From an uncultured Alphaproteobacteria bacterium (GTDB lineage: Bacteria > Pseudomonadota > Alphaproteobacteria > Rhizobiales > Xanthobacteraceae): a stretch of DNA of 64,000 bases. This document shows positions 9,118 through 18,331 of the stretch, piece by piece. The notes below the pieces were generated by a model, which made no database searches, was not told where the DNA came from, and was given only the letters and a program-made list of their open reading frames with translations. The stretch is from NCBI GenBank assembly GCA_963753575.1, contig CAVWCR010000005.1, positions 397,547 through 461,546 on the forward strand, in the 5' to 3' direction. The number at the start of each line of letters is the position of its first letter. The stretch's first letter is position 1. The position numbers and the translations under genes were made by a program.

Positions 9118-9912
9118 ATGCAGATTGATCTTCACGGAAAGCGGGCCATCGTCACCGGCTCGACCGCGGGCATTGGCTTTGCCATCGCGCACGGGCTCGC
9201 GGAAGCGGGCGCGGCGGTCGTCGTCAACGGGCGCAGCGAACAATCCGTCGAGGCCGCCAGGAAACGCCTTGCGCAGGCGTTGCCGCAGGCCAAGGTCGAT
9301 GCCGTCGCCGCCGATCTCGGCACGGCCTCGGGTGTCGAAGCCTTCATCAAGCGCGCGGGCGACGCCGACATCCTGGTCAACAATCTCGGCATCTTCGAGC
9401 CCAAGCCGTTCGTCGAGATCGCCGACGCGGACTGGCAGCGCTTCTTCGAGATCAATGTGATGAGCGGCGTGCGGCTTGCGCGCCACTACCTGCCCGCGAT
9501 GGTGAAGCGCGACTGGGGCCGCATCGTCTTCATCTCGAGCGAGTCCGGTCTCAACATCCCGGTCGAGATGATCCATTACGGCATGACCAAGACGGCGCAG
9601 CTTGCGATCTCGCGCGGGCTCGCCGAAACGGTGGCCGGCACGGGCGTCACCGTGAACGCGGTACTGCCCGGGCCGACGCGCTCGGAAGGCGTTGTCGATT
9701 TTCTGGCCAAGCTGAACGAAGGACAGAAGCTCTCGCAGAAGGAGGGGGAGGCGAAGCTGATCGCACAAGGACGGCCGACCTCGATCATCCGCCGCCTGGC
9801 AACGCCTGAAGAAGTGGCCAACATGGTGGTCTACGTGTGCTCGCCGCTGGCCTCGGCCACCACCGGCGCAGCGCTGCGGGTCGACGGCGGCGTGGTGCGC
9901 TCGATCGCTTGA
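9118..9912 (+). CDS. SDR family oxidoreductase
   Basis: 264 aa. TGSTAGIGFA cofactor motif, NNLGI, catalytic Y..K (HYGMTKTA), PGPTRSE. Confidence 0.9.
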   Translation: MQIDLHGKRAIVTGSTAGIGFAIAHGLAEAGAAVVVNGRSEQSVEAARKRLAQALPQAKVDAVAADLGTASGVEAFIKRAGDADILVNNLGIFEPKPFVEIADADWQRFFEINVMSGVRLARHYLPAMVKRDWGRIVFISSESGLNIPVEMIHYGMTKTAQLAISRGLAETVAGTGVTVNAVLPGPTRSEGVVDFLAKLNEGQKLSQKEGEAKLIAQGRPTSIIRRLATPEEVANMVVYVCSPLASATTGAALRVDGGVVRSIA

Positions 9913-10326
9913 AGCCGCAGCCCGTGCTCGGCGACGAGGCTCTGCCACGACGCGCGCGGAAACTCAGGCTGGGAATATAGAAATCGAAAGAAAGGCTCAT
10001 CCGGTTGCCGCAGTGCTGATGCGGATGGGGCCGCTCCCACTGACGCGGCGATGGGGCAGCTCCCACTCACCGGCCGCGCAATCTCCCATCAATAGAGCTT
10101 GTCGGTTTGCCCGCAGACGGCGGCGCACCGGTTATTTCCGCATCGCGGCAAGGAATTGGAACAAGAACAAAGCGGCCGGGGATGGTGGCCCACTCTCCGG
10201 GGTGCGCTCCAAGCTGCGTCGGTTAGTCGTATTTTCTGACTCAAAAGCGATTCCCACTTCCCCTCAAAATGTTCTAACATTTGCTCAACTATCGACCGTC
10301 TCAAGACGTCACAGGGAGGACACGAC

Positions 10327-12012
10327 ATGATCAGATCAGGTCTGCTTGCGATTCTGTTGAGTGCGACCACGTCGCTCGTCGCGCTGGCGCAAAGCGCCGA
10401 CGACTTGAAGAACGACGCCAAGACACCGGACAACGTTCTCGTCTACGGCATGGGCTACGCCGGACAGCGCTACAGCCCGCTCACCCAGATCAACAAGCAG
10501 AACGTCGGCCGAATGGTACCGGTGTGGTCCTATTCGCTGGGCGATCTCTACGGTGCGGAAGGGTTCCCGATCATCAAGGATGGCGTCATCTACGTCACGA
10601 CCCATAACAAGACGATGGCGATCGACGCCCTGACCGGCAAGGCGATCTGGCGGGTCGTGCACGAATATCCGCCGGAAGCGCTGCGCGTCGTTTGCTGCGG
10701 CATCGTCAATCGCGGCGCCGCGATCTACGAGGGTATGATCATCCGCGCGTTGATCGACGACCGGCTCACCGCGCTCGACGCCAAGACTGGCAAGGAGATC
10801 TGGACCGTCAAGTCGCCGGATCCGGTGACGAGCGCCAACGGCTACGCCATGACGGGCGCGCCTTTGATCGTCAACGGCGTCGTCATCATGGGCGTTGCGG
10901 GCGCCGAGTTCAGCCAGCGCGGCCTGCTCGAGGGCTACGATGCCAAGACCGGCAAGCATCTGTGGCGGCTCTATACGATCCCGGCCAAGGGCGAGCCGGG
11001 CTCGGAGACCTGGGAAGGCGATTCGGAACTCACCGGCGGCGGCTCGAGCTGGGTGACCGGTACTTACGATCCGCAGCTCGACCTGGTCTATTGGGGCATC
11101 GGCAATCCGGCGCCCTGGAACCCGCGCGCCCGCAAAGGCGACAACCTTTACACCAACTCGGTCTTTGCGGTGCGGCCGAAGACCGGCGAACGCGTCTGGT
11201 ATTTCCAGACCTCGCCGCAGGATCCGTTCGACTACGACGCGGTGCAGACCCCGATCGTGGGCACGCTCAACGTGGGCGGCAGTCCGCGCAAGGTGGTGAT
11301 GCAGCCCAACCGCAATGGCTTCCTCTATGTGCTCGATGCGAAGGACGGCAAGCTGATTGCCGCCAATGCGTTCGGCAAGGTCACTTGGGCGAGTGGCGTC
11401 GATCAGAAGACCGGGCGTCCGATCGTGACCGATGTGTTCAAGGGCGCGCTCGAAGGCAAGAAGGTCACCGTGTGGCCGTCGGTCTCGGGCGTGACCAACT
11501 GGCAGCATTCGTCGTTCAGCCCGCGTACCGGGCTGCTCTACATCAACACGCTGAATGTCGGCATGACGTATCAGGCCGGCGAGCCGCCGACGCTCGCGCC
11601 CGGGCGTCCGTCAGGGGCGCCGACCGTCAAGCGGACTGTCGTCCTCGACGATCCCAACACCCGCGGCTATCTCAAGGCGGTCGATCCGCTCACCGGCAAG
11701 TCGAAATGGGAGACGCCCTATAAGAGCCCGAACTATTCATCCACCATGGTGACGGCGAGCGATCTTGTCTTCACCGGCGTCATGACCGGCGAGCTCCAGG
11801 CGCTCGATGCCGACAACGGCAAGGTGCTGTGGAGCTTCCAAACCCCGTCCGGCATCGTCGGGCAACCGGTGACCTGGCAGAAGGACGGCAAGCAATATGT
11901 CACGGTGCTGAGCGGGCTTGGCGGCGTCTATGCGCGGCGCAGCGGCGACCCGAACCTGGAGAAGGTGCCGTACGGATCGTCGCTGTGGACGTTCGCACTG
12001 TTCGATAAGTGA
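10327..12012 (+). CDS. PQQ-dependent dehydrogenase, methanol/ethanol family (periplasmic quinoprotein)
   Basis: AGGGAGGA SD. Signal peptide. Vicinal CCGIVNRGAAIYEG, repeated W-motif propeller blades, FDYDAV active-site segment, NRNGFLYVLDAKDGK. Confidence 0.9.
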   Translation: MIRSGLLAILLSATTSLVALAQSADDLKNDAKTPDNVLVYGMGYAGQRYSPLTQINKQNVGRMVPVWSYSLGDLYGAEGFPIIKDGVIYVTTHNKTMAIDALTGKAIWRVVHEYPPEALRVVCCGIVNRGAAIYEGMIIRALIDDRLTALDAKTGKEIWTVKSPDPVTSANGYAMTGAPLIVNGVVIMGVAGAEFSQRGLLEGYDAKTGKHLWRLYTIPAKGEPGSETWEGDSELTGGGSSWVTGTYDPQLDLVYWGIGNPAPWNPRARKGDNLYTNSVFAVRPKTGERVWYFQTSPQDPFDYDAVQTPIVGTLNVGGSPRKVVMQPNRNGFLYVLDAKDGKLIAANAFGKVTWASGVDQKTGRPIVTDVFKGALEGKKVTVWPSVSGVTNWQHSSFSPRTGLLYINTLNVGMTYQAGEPPTLAPGRPSGAPTVKRTVVLDDPNTRGYLKAVDPLTGKSKWETPYKSPNYSSTMVTASDLVFTGVMTGELQALDADNGKVLWSFQTPSGIVGQPVTWQKDGKQYVTVLSGLGGVYARRSGDPNLEKVPYGSSLWTFALFDK

Positions 12013-12335
12013 GCTGGCTCGAACGGCGGAGGGATTAACGTCCCTCCAAAATTGTCGAACGCCCGGGTGCGACCGGGCGTTCGTCTCCTGCCGCCAGCAG
12101 GATCAGAATTTGCAGAGACCGCGGATGGGGGGCCTCGAACCGCACCGGGTCGTCCGCCGCATCGAGGACACCATAGCACATCCCGGGCGTGGGACGAGAT
12201 CAACCTTACGTTTTGGTAAAGACGCGCGCAGAAAAACGGCCCTGCCGATTAACCAACTATTAAGGATGCGCTTTCCATTTCCAGAATTTCGTCTGTAATG
12301 CGCCCGCGAGAATGAGCATCGAATAGGAGGGATCG

Positions 12336-12482
12336 ATGATCAATCAGATGCGGGAAAGGCAATTGAAAATTCTGAGAGCCTATGTCGAGCGGCGCAATCG
12401 CCTGTGGACGCAGATCAAGACCGCTCATCCGAGCTACACGCCAATTGAAATCGAAGCGCGGCTGGAACAATTCGGCGCGTGA
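12336..12482 (+). CDS. Unannotated small ORF (48 aa), unknown function
   Basis: AGGAGGG at 12325-12331, ATG 12336, TGA 12480-12482. Product MINQMRERQLKILRAYVERRNRLWTQIKTAHPSYTPIEIEARLEQFGA. Followed by a strong intrinsic terminator. Below the ORF-track size cutoff. Third-position GC is lower than neighbours. Confidence 0.4.
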   Translation: MINQMRERQLKILRAYVERRNRLWTQIKTAHPSYTPIEIEARLEQFGA

Positions 12483-12510
12483 AGCGCTGCACATTGAAAT
12501 GTTGCCGTTG

Positions 12511-12549
12511 GCTCGGCCGGGCGCATCGCCCGGCCGAGCTTTTTGTTTT
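12511..12549 (+). terminator. Rho-independent terminator
   Basis: 13-bp perfect GC-rich stem GCTCGGCCGGGCG/CGCCCGGCCGAGC with 3-nt loop, followed by TTTTTGTTTT. Confidence 0.6.
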
Positions 12550-12598
12550 AGTCCGATCACTGCGCCGCGCTGCCGGCGCCCGCCAGGCGGTGGCCCAA

Positions 12599-12636
12599 GA
12601 CCGGGGGTGAGACCGGGGGTGAGACCGGGGGTGAGA
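12599..12636. repeat. 12-bp tandem repeat (GACCGGGGGTGA) x3
   Basis: Three perfect head-to-tail copies at 12599-12634 plus a 2-nt partial, about 175 bp upstream of pepF. Confidence 0.85.
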
Positions 12637-12810
12637 ATGCTGCATGGCACCCGCCAGCTGCAGGCTACCTCCATCGGCCGAGTGCGCGATTGCGCGACGG
12701 AACGTCTGGTTGATCCCGGTAGGCCCGCGCGGTAACAACGCGCCATCAAATCCGCACAAAGGCGGCGTCGGTCTCAAAAAGCATCACCTGATTGCAATTC
12801 GAGCTCCCTC

Positions 12811-14646
12811 ATGGCCTCTCACGACAAACGCGCTACCGCCCAACGAGCCTCAAGCGACCCGGCCAAAGGGCTTGGCGCGCTGCCGGAATGGGATCTCGCC
12901 GATCTCTACGCCGGCATCGACGATCCCAAGGTGAAGCGTGATCTTGACCGCGCCGACGAATACAGCAGGGCGTTCGAGGACGACTTCAAGGGTAAGCTCG
13001 CCGCCTTCGCCGGGCAGCCCGACGGCGGCCGCGCGCTCGCGCAAGCGGTCGTGCGCTACGAGCAACTCGACGATCTGCTCGGCCGGCTGATCTCGTTTGC
13101 CGGGCTCGTCCATGCGGGCGACACCGTCGATCCGGCGCGCGCGAAGTTCTACGGCGACGTGCAGGAACGCATCACGGCGGCCTCGACGCATCTTCTTTTC
13201 TTCGTGCTCGAGCTCAACCGCATCGACGACGGCAAGCTCGAAGCCGCGATGCGCGAGCCGAAGCTCGCCTACTACCGGCCCTGGCTCGAAGACATCCGCA
13301 AGGAGAGGCCCTATCAGCTCGAGGATCGCGTCGAGCAGCTCTTTCACGAGAAGTCGGTGACCGCCTACGCGGCCTGGAACCGGCTGTTCGACGAGACCAT
13401 CGCGCGGCTGCGCTTCAAGGTCGGAACACAGTCGCTTGCGATCGAGCCGACGCTCACCTTGATGCAGGACGCGGACGAGAAACACCGCAAGTCGGCCGCG
13501 CAGGCGCTCGCCAAGACGTTCAAGGCGAACCTGCCGCAGTTCGCGCTGATCACCAACACGCTCGCCAAGGACAAGGAGATTTCCGACCGCTGGCGCGGCT
13601 TCGCGGACGTTGCCGATTCCCGGCATCTCGCCAATCGGGTCGAGCCCGAAGTGGTGGAGGCGCTGGTTGCCGCGGTGCGCGCTGCCTATCCGCGGCTCTC
13701 GCATCGCTACTACGCGCTCAAGGCCAAGTGGTTCGGCAAGAAGCGGCTCCCCCACTGGGACCGCAATGCGCCGTTGCCGAAGGTTGCGACCCGCACCATC
13801 GGCTGGAGCGAAGCGCAGGAGACCGTGCTCACAGCCTATCGCGCGTTCTCGCCCGACATGGCGGAGATCGCGGAGCGCTTCTTCGCCAAGCATTGGATCG
13901 ATGCACCGGTGCGTCCCGGCAAGGCGCCGGGCGCCTTCGCGCACCCGACCGTGCCGTCCGCGCATCCTTACGTGCTGCTCAACTACCAGGGCAAGCCGCG
14001 CGACGTGATGACGCTCGCGCATGAGCTTGGCCATGGCGTGCACCAGGTGCTGGCGGCGCCGAACGGCGCCCTGATGGCGCCGACGCCGCTGACGCTGGCG
14101 GAGACCGCAAGCGTGTTCGGCGAGATGCTCACCTTCAAGCGGCTGCTCGCCAGCACTACCGACAGCCAGCAGCGCAAGGCCATGCTCGCCGCCAAGGTCG
14201 AGGACATGATCAACACGGTGGTGCGCCAGATCGCGTTCTACACCTTCGAGCGCAAGGTCCACGGCGAGCGCCGCAAGGGCGAGCTCACGGCCGACCAGCT
14301 GTGCGCGTTCTGGATGGAAGTGCAGGCCGAGAGCCTCGGTCCCGCCATTGAACTGAAGCCCGGCTACGAGACGTTCTGGGCCTACATCCCGCACTTCGTG
14401 CACTCCCCGTTCTACGTCTACGCCTATGCGTTCGGCGACTGCCTGGTGAACTCGCTCTACGCGGTCTACGAGCGCGCCGCCGGAGGCTTTGCCGAGCGCT
14501 ATCTCGCGATGCTCGCGGCCGGCGGCACCAAGCACCATGCCGAGCTGCTCAAGCCGTTCGGGCTCGACGCCCGCGATCCCGCCTTCTGGCAAGGCGGCCT
14601 GGGCGTGATCGAGCGGATGATCGCGGAGCTTGAGGGCCTCGCGTAA
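12811..14646 (+). CDS. pepF: M3-family oligoendopeptidase F
   Basis: 611 aa. Zinc motif HELGHGVH. Overall length and C-terminal half typical of PepF/M3B. Confidence 0.88.
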   Translation: MASHDKRATAQRASSDPAKGLGALPEWDLADLYAGIDDPKVKRDLDRADEYSRAFEDDFKGKLAAFAGQPDGGRALAQAVVRYEQLDDLLGRLISFAGLVHAGDTVDPARAKFYGDVQERITAASTHLLFFVLELNRIDDGKLEAAMREPKLAYYRPWLEDIRKERPYQLEDRVEQLFHEKSVTAYAAWNRLFDETIARLRFKVGTQSLAIEPTLTLMQDADEKHRKSAAQALAKTFKANLPQFALITNTLAKDKEISDRWRGFADVADSRHLANRVEPEVVEALVAAVRAAYPRLSHRYYALKAKWFGKKRLPHWDRNAPLPKVATRTIGWSEAQETVLTAYRAFSPDMAEIAERFFAKHWIDAPVRPGKAPGAFAHPTVPSAHPYVLLNYQGKPRDVMTLAHELGHGVHQVLAAPNGALMAPTPLTLAETASVFGEMLTFKRLLASTTDSQQRKAMLAAKVEDMINTVVRQIAFYTFERKVHGERRKGELTADQLCAFWMEVQAESLGPAIELKPGYETFWAYIPHFVHSPFYVYAYAFGDCLVNSLYAVYERAAGGFAERYLAMLAAGGTKHHAELLKPFGLDARDPAFWQGGLGVIERMIAELEGLA

Positions 14647-14668
14647 GGCTCAAGATATTGAATTCAGA

Positions 14669-14760
14669 GCATGATCCCGAAAAGTTGCAGACTTTTCGGA
14701 TAAGATCATACGACCACATAAGCGTTGAATCGAAATCGCGACTTAGCCCAAAACGATTTC
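14669..14760. repeat. Dispersed about 90-bp repeat, copy 1 (core GCATGATCCCGAAAAGTTGCAGACTTTTCGGATAAGATCAT)
   Basis: Reverse-complement match to 31905-31993. Core contains hairpin CCGAAAAG-N7-CTTTTCGG. Fills the convergent gap between pepF and the permease gene. Confidence 0.6.
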
Positions 14761-14767
14761 GCTTTAT

Positions 14768-15514
14768 TCAGCCCGAGACCTGTTCCTGGATCGCCTGCAG
14801 GAATGCCGCCATCAGGATGGTTGGAACGGCGACCAGCAGGATGCCGGCCATGGCGGAGGTTATGTCGGGCGTGCTGGCGGCGCGCGCAATGAAATATCCG
14901 ATCCCGTGATTGCCGGCCATGAACTCGACGATGGTGAGCGCGGACACGCCGATCACGATGCCGACCCGCAGGCCGCCGATGATCGCGGTCGCCACCGCCG
15001 TCGTGTTGGGCGCACTGGTGTCCTGTGCCGGGGCATGGCGCCTGCCTTCATAGCCGTTCGCCACGCCAACGGGGCGCCTCGCTCCCGTCGCGACCATGAC
15101 CATGTTCATGATCGGGAAGGCGACCATGACGAAGACCGCGGCAGCCTTGGTGACGATCGTCACGCCCCACCAGGCGAACAGCAGCGGCACCAGTATGACC
15201 AGCGGGGTGCAGCCCAGCGTGACCGCGAACGGTCCGAACAGCCAGCGCGTCGCGCGCGAGGTGCCTGCGACCATCCCGAAAAAGACCCCAGCCAACAGCG
15301 CCGGCAGAATTCCAAGGACGAGGGCGGTTGTGCTGTCGCCGAAGTCGCGCAAGAAGTCATCGCCCGGGGCAAGCTCGATCGCCTTGTGCACGACGGCCAG
15401 CAAGCTTGGAAGCTTGGCAGGATTGGCGACCGTCCCGCTGGCGAGCACCCAGGCCGCCGCGATGATGGCGAGCCCGATGATGGCCTCCAGCAGCGTTCTC
15501 ACAAATGGCGGCAT
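14768..15514 (-). CDS. ABC transporter permease (NitT/TauT-like family)
   Basis: GGGGAG SD then ATG (complement 15512-15514), MPPFVRTLLEAIIG.... Six TM segments and EAA-like loop (ALTIVEFMAGNHGIGYFI). Confidence 0.8.
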   Translation of the reverse strand: MPPFVRTLLEAIIGLAIIAAAWVLASGTVANPAKLPSLLAVVHKAIELAPGDDFLRDFGDSTTALVLGILPALLAGVFFGMVAGTSRATRWLFGPFAVTLGCTPLVILVPLLFAWWGVTIVTKAAAVFVMVAFPIMNMVMVATGARRPVGVANGYEGRRHAPAQDTSAPNTTAVATAIIGGLRVGIVIGVSALTIVEFMAGNHGIGYFIARAASTPDITSAMAGILLVAVPTILMAAFLQAIQEQVSG

Positions 15515-15671
15515 TCGAAATCTCCCCAAGCCTCAAATTCGTCAACCTATCATGTCACTGTATCGATCGCATGCGCAGAATCTGCGACACGGATTCGATC
15601 GCAATTTCATTGCGGTGCACGCCAAGATGGAGTGATGTCATTCGGCGGCAGGCCGGCCGAAGCATGCTTGG

Positions 15672-16340
15672 TCAATCGCCAAGCTGCACCTCGATCGCCT
15701 GCAGGAGCGCCGCCACCACGATGGTGGGGAGCACCACCAGAACGATGCCGGCCATGGTGGCGGTGGTGTCGAACAGGTTGGCCGAACTCATGATGAAGAA
15801 GCCGACGCCGCGGCTCGCGGCCGCGAACTCGATGATGACGAGCGCGGTGACGCCGAGCACGACGCCGACCCGCAGGCCGCTCAGGATTGCCACCGTGCGG
15901 CTTTTCTCTTCCGCCGCCACCATGGTCGCATTCATCGCCGGAAAGCCGGCCACGACCGCGACCGTGACCGATTTCATGACGATGGTCAGGCCCCACCAGC
16001 TGACGAATATCGGCAGCAGCGCAACGAGCGGGGCGCCGCCGAGCGTGACGGCGAGCGGTCCGATGAGCCAGCGTATGGCCGGCGAGCCGCTGGTCATCAC
16101 GCCGAGCAGGACGCCGCCGATCAGCGCCGGCAGCAGGCCGTATAGCAGGGCGGTCCCGCTCTCGGTCGCATGCCGCATGTAGTCGGGGCTGGGTGCGAGC
16201 GCGAGCGCCTTGCGCAGCACGACCGACATGGCCGGGAGCCTGGTCGGGGTGTCGATCACCCATGCGGCGGCCTCCCAGAGCAGCCCTACGACGGCAAGGC
16301 CGATCATAAAGTACACGAGCGTTCGGAAGAATGGCGGCAT
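15672..16340 (-). CDS. ABC transporter permease (paralogue of the preceding gene)
   Basis: MPPFFRTLVYFMIG..., same architecture (ALVIIEFAAASRGVGFFI). Same SD context GGGGAGGTTCCGATGCCGCC. Confidence 0.8.
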   Translation of the reverse strand: MPPFFRTLVYFMIGLAVVGLLWEAAAWVIDTPTRLPAMSVVLRKALALAPSPDYMRHATESGTALLYGLLPALIGGVLLGVMTSGSPAIRWLIGPLAVTLGGAPLVALLPIFVSWWGLTIVMKSVTVAVVAGFPAMNATMVAAEEKSRTVAILSGLRVGVVLGVTALVIIEFAAASRGVGFFIMSSANLFDTTATMAGIVLVVLPTIVVAALLQAIEVQLGD

Positions 16341-16509
16341 CGGAACCTCCCCGCATTCCGATCAATTAAACCCTGCCGGGCGTATCAAGGCCGCCGCGGC
16401 ACCCTACTCTGCCACAATTCCATCGCGGTGCACGCCAGGATGAGGACGTTCGGTTGCTATGCGGCGATATGCGCCTGTCATAGTGTCGCTTCCCACGTTG
16501 TTGATAAGA

Positions 16510-17865
16510 ATGGCTGACCAGGAACAGAACCGCTTCTCCGCCCGTGCTGCGCGCTATGCCCGCGTCGGCGCCAATATCGGAGGCATCGCGGCCCGCTTCG
16601 CGGGCGCGCGCTTCTTCGGGCTCGATCTCGATCGCGGCCGCAACGCCGCCGAGCTTGCGGCGGCGCTCGGCGGCCTCAAGGGGCCGATCATGAAGGTCGC
16701 CCAGCTCCTGTCCACCATCCCGGACGCGCTGCCGCCCGAATACGCGGCCGAGCTCGCGACGTTGCAGAGCCAAGCCCCGCCGATGGGCTGGGCCTTCGTC
16801 AAGCGCCGCATGGGCGCCGAGCTCGGCCCCGGCTGGCAGGACAAGTTCGCCCATTTCGAGCATCACCCGGCGGCCGCCGCCTCGCTCGGACAGGTGCACC
16901 GCGCGCGCGCCCATGACGGCTCGGATCTGGCCTGCAAGCTGCAATATTCCGACATGCAGTCGGCGGTGGAAGCCGATCTGCGGCAGCTCGGCGTTCTGTT
17001 TGCGATCCACCGCCGCATGGACCCCGTCATCGATACGACCGAGATCGCCAAAGAGATCGGCGCGCGCATCCGCGAGGAGCTCGACTACCGGCGCGAAGCC
17101 AAGCATGCGGCGCTCTACCGCGCGATGCTTTCGGACAATGATCTCATCCGCGTGCCGCGGCCGTGGTCGGATCTTTCCACTGACCGGCTCCTGACCCTCG
17201 ACTGGCTTGAGGGTACGCCGATGCTCGACCACAAGGATGACGCGCTTGCGGTGCGCAACCGGCTCGCCACCGCGATGTTTTCCGCCTGGTGGTTTCCGTT
17301 CAGCCGCTTCGGCGTGATCCACGGCGATCCGCACCTCGGCAACTATTCGGTGTTCGAGCGCGACCGCGAAGCGGGTGGCATCAACCTGCTCGACTACGGC
17401 TGCATCCGCATCTTCCCGCCCAGGTTCGTGGGCGGGGTGGTCGACCTCTACAACGGGCTGCGCACCGGCGACGACGATCTGGTGGTGCACGCCTATGAGA
17501 CCTGGGGCTTCAAGCGCCTCACCCGCGAGCTGATCGACGTCCTCAATATCTGGGCGCGCTTTATCTATGGGCCGCTGCTCGATGACCGCGTGCGCAGCCT
17601 CGCCGATGGCGTCAAGCCATCCGAATACGGGCGCCGCGAGGCGTTCCGGGTGCATCAGGCGCTCAGGCAGCAGGGGCCGGTGACGGTGCCGCGAGAGTTC
17701 GTGTTCATGGACCGCGCCGCCATCGGGCTGGGCGGGGTGTTTTTGCACCTGCGCGCGGAGATCAATTTCTACCGGCTGTTCAATGAGGCGATTCATGACT
17801 TTTCGACTACGCGGGTGACGCAGCAGCAGGCAGAGGCGCTCGCCGCCGCAGGGCTTGGCGGCTGA
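16510..17865 (+). CDS. ABC1/AarF/UbiB-family atypical kinase
   Basis: Starts MADQEQNRF.... LGGLKGPIMKVAQLLS, AAASLGQVHRA, HGDPHLGNY catalytic segment. Confidence 0.85.
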   Translation: MADQEQNRFSARAARYARVGANIGGIAARFAGARFFGLDLDRGRNAAELAAALGGLKGPIMKVAQLLSTIPDALPPEYAAELATLQSQAPPMGWAFVKRRMGAELGPGWQDKFAHFEHHPAAAASLGQVHRARAHDGSDLACKLQYSDMQSAVEADLRQLGVLFAIHRRMDPVIDTTEIAKEIGARIREELDYRREAKHAALYRAMLSDNDLIRVPRPWSDLSTDRLLTLDWLEGTPMLDHKDDALAVRNRLATAMFSAWWFPFSRFGVIHGDPHLGNYSVFERDREAGGINLLDYGCIRIFPPRFVGGVVDLYNGLRTGDDDLVVHAYETWGFKRLTRELIDVLNIWARFIYGPLLDDRVRSLADGVKPSEYGRREAFRVHQALRQQGPVTVPREFVFMDRAAIGLGGVFLHLRAEINFYRLFNEAIHDFSTTRVTQQQAEALAAAGLGG

Positions 17866-17984
17866 TCCGGCGCCGGCCGAGAACGACCGATTGGCGGGGT
17901 TTGCCGTGCTGCCGCCGTTGCCCTCCCGTCCCATTTGCGCTAAGCCCGCGTCCGCTGGAGACTAATGCTTTCTGGAGGCTTTTT

Positions 17985-18281
17985 ATGGCTGACCACGGCC
18001 CGGTCCAATACGCGACCGCAACCGGTAATGATCTCGCCGAACACGAGTTGACTTACAAGGGCTTCGTGCAACTGGCCTATGTTGGAAGCGCGCTGGTCGC
18101 CTCCATCGTCATCGGGCTGGCGATTGGCGCAACCACCGGCCGCTGGCTGATTGCGATTCCCATTATCTTCGTGCTCGCGCCGATCGTGGCTGCCTATGGG
18201 CTGGCGACCGGGGCCAGGGCGCCGAGCGGGATCATGGTGGTGATTTCACTGCTCGCGCTTGGTTTTGCTACAGCCGGCTGA
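17985..18281 (+). CDS. Small membrane protein with an aa3-type cytochrome oxidase subunit IV-like N-terminal segment
   Basis: MADHGPVQY...HELTYKGFVQLAYVGSALVASIVIGLAIG followed by two more TM helices. Position just upstream of pntAA. Family call is tentative. Confidence 0.5.
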   Translation: MADHGPVQYATATGNDLAEHELTYKGFVQLAYVGSALVASIVIGLAIGATTGRWLIAIPIIFVLAPIVAAYGLATGARAPSGIMVVISLLALGFATAG

Positions 18282-18331
18282 TAGCCGGAACTCAGCCGCG
18301 CCGGCGTCAGACTTCTTGAGGAGACGGGGTG

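Noticed and set aside
15530-15671. Possible TPP or other riboswitch, or a sigma-54 promoter, in the conserved leader of the permease genes
   Set aside because: The leaders lack the TPP-box core (CUGAGA...ACCUGAUCUGGAUAAUGCCAGCG). In the TGGCGTGCACCGC segment the GG and GC elements sit 2 nt too close to fit the TGGCAC-N5-TTGC spacing. Only the conserved box itself is reported.
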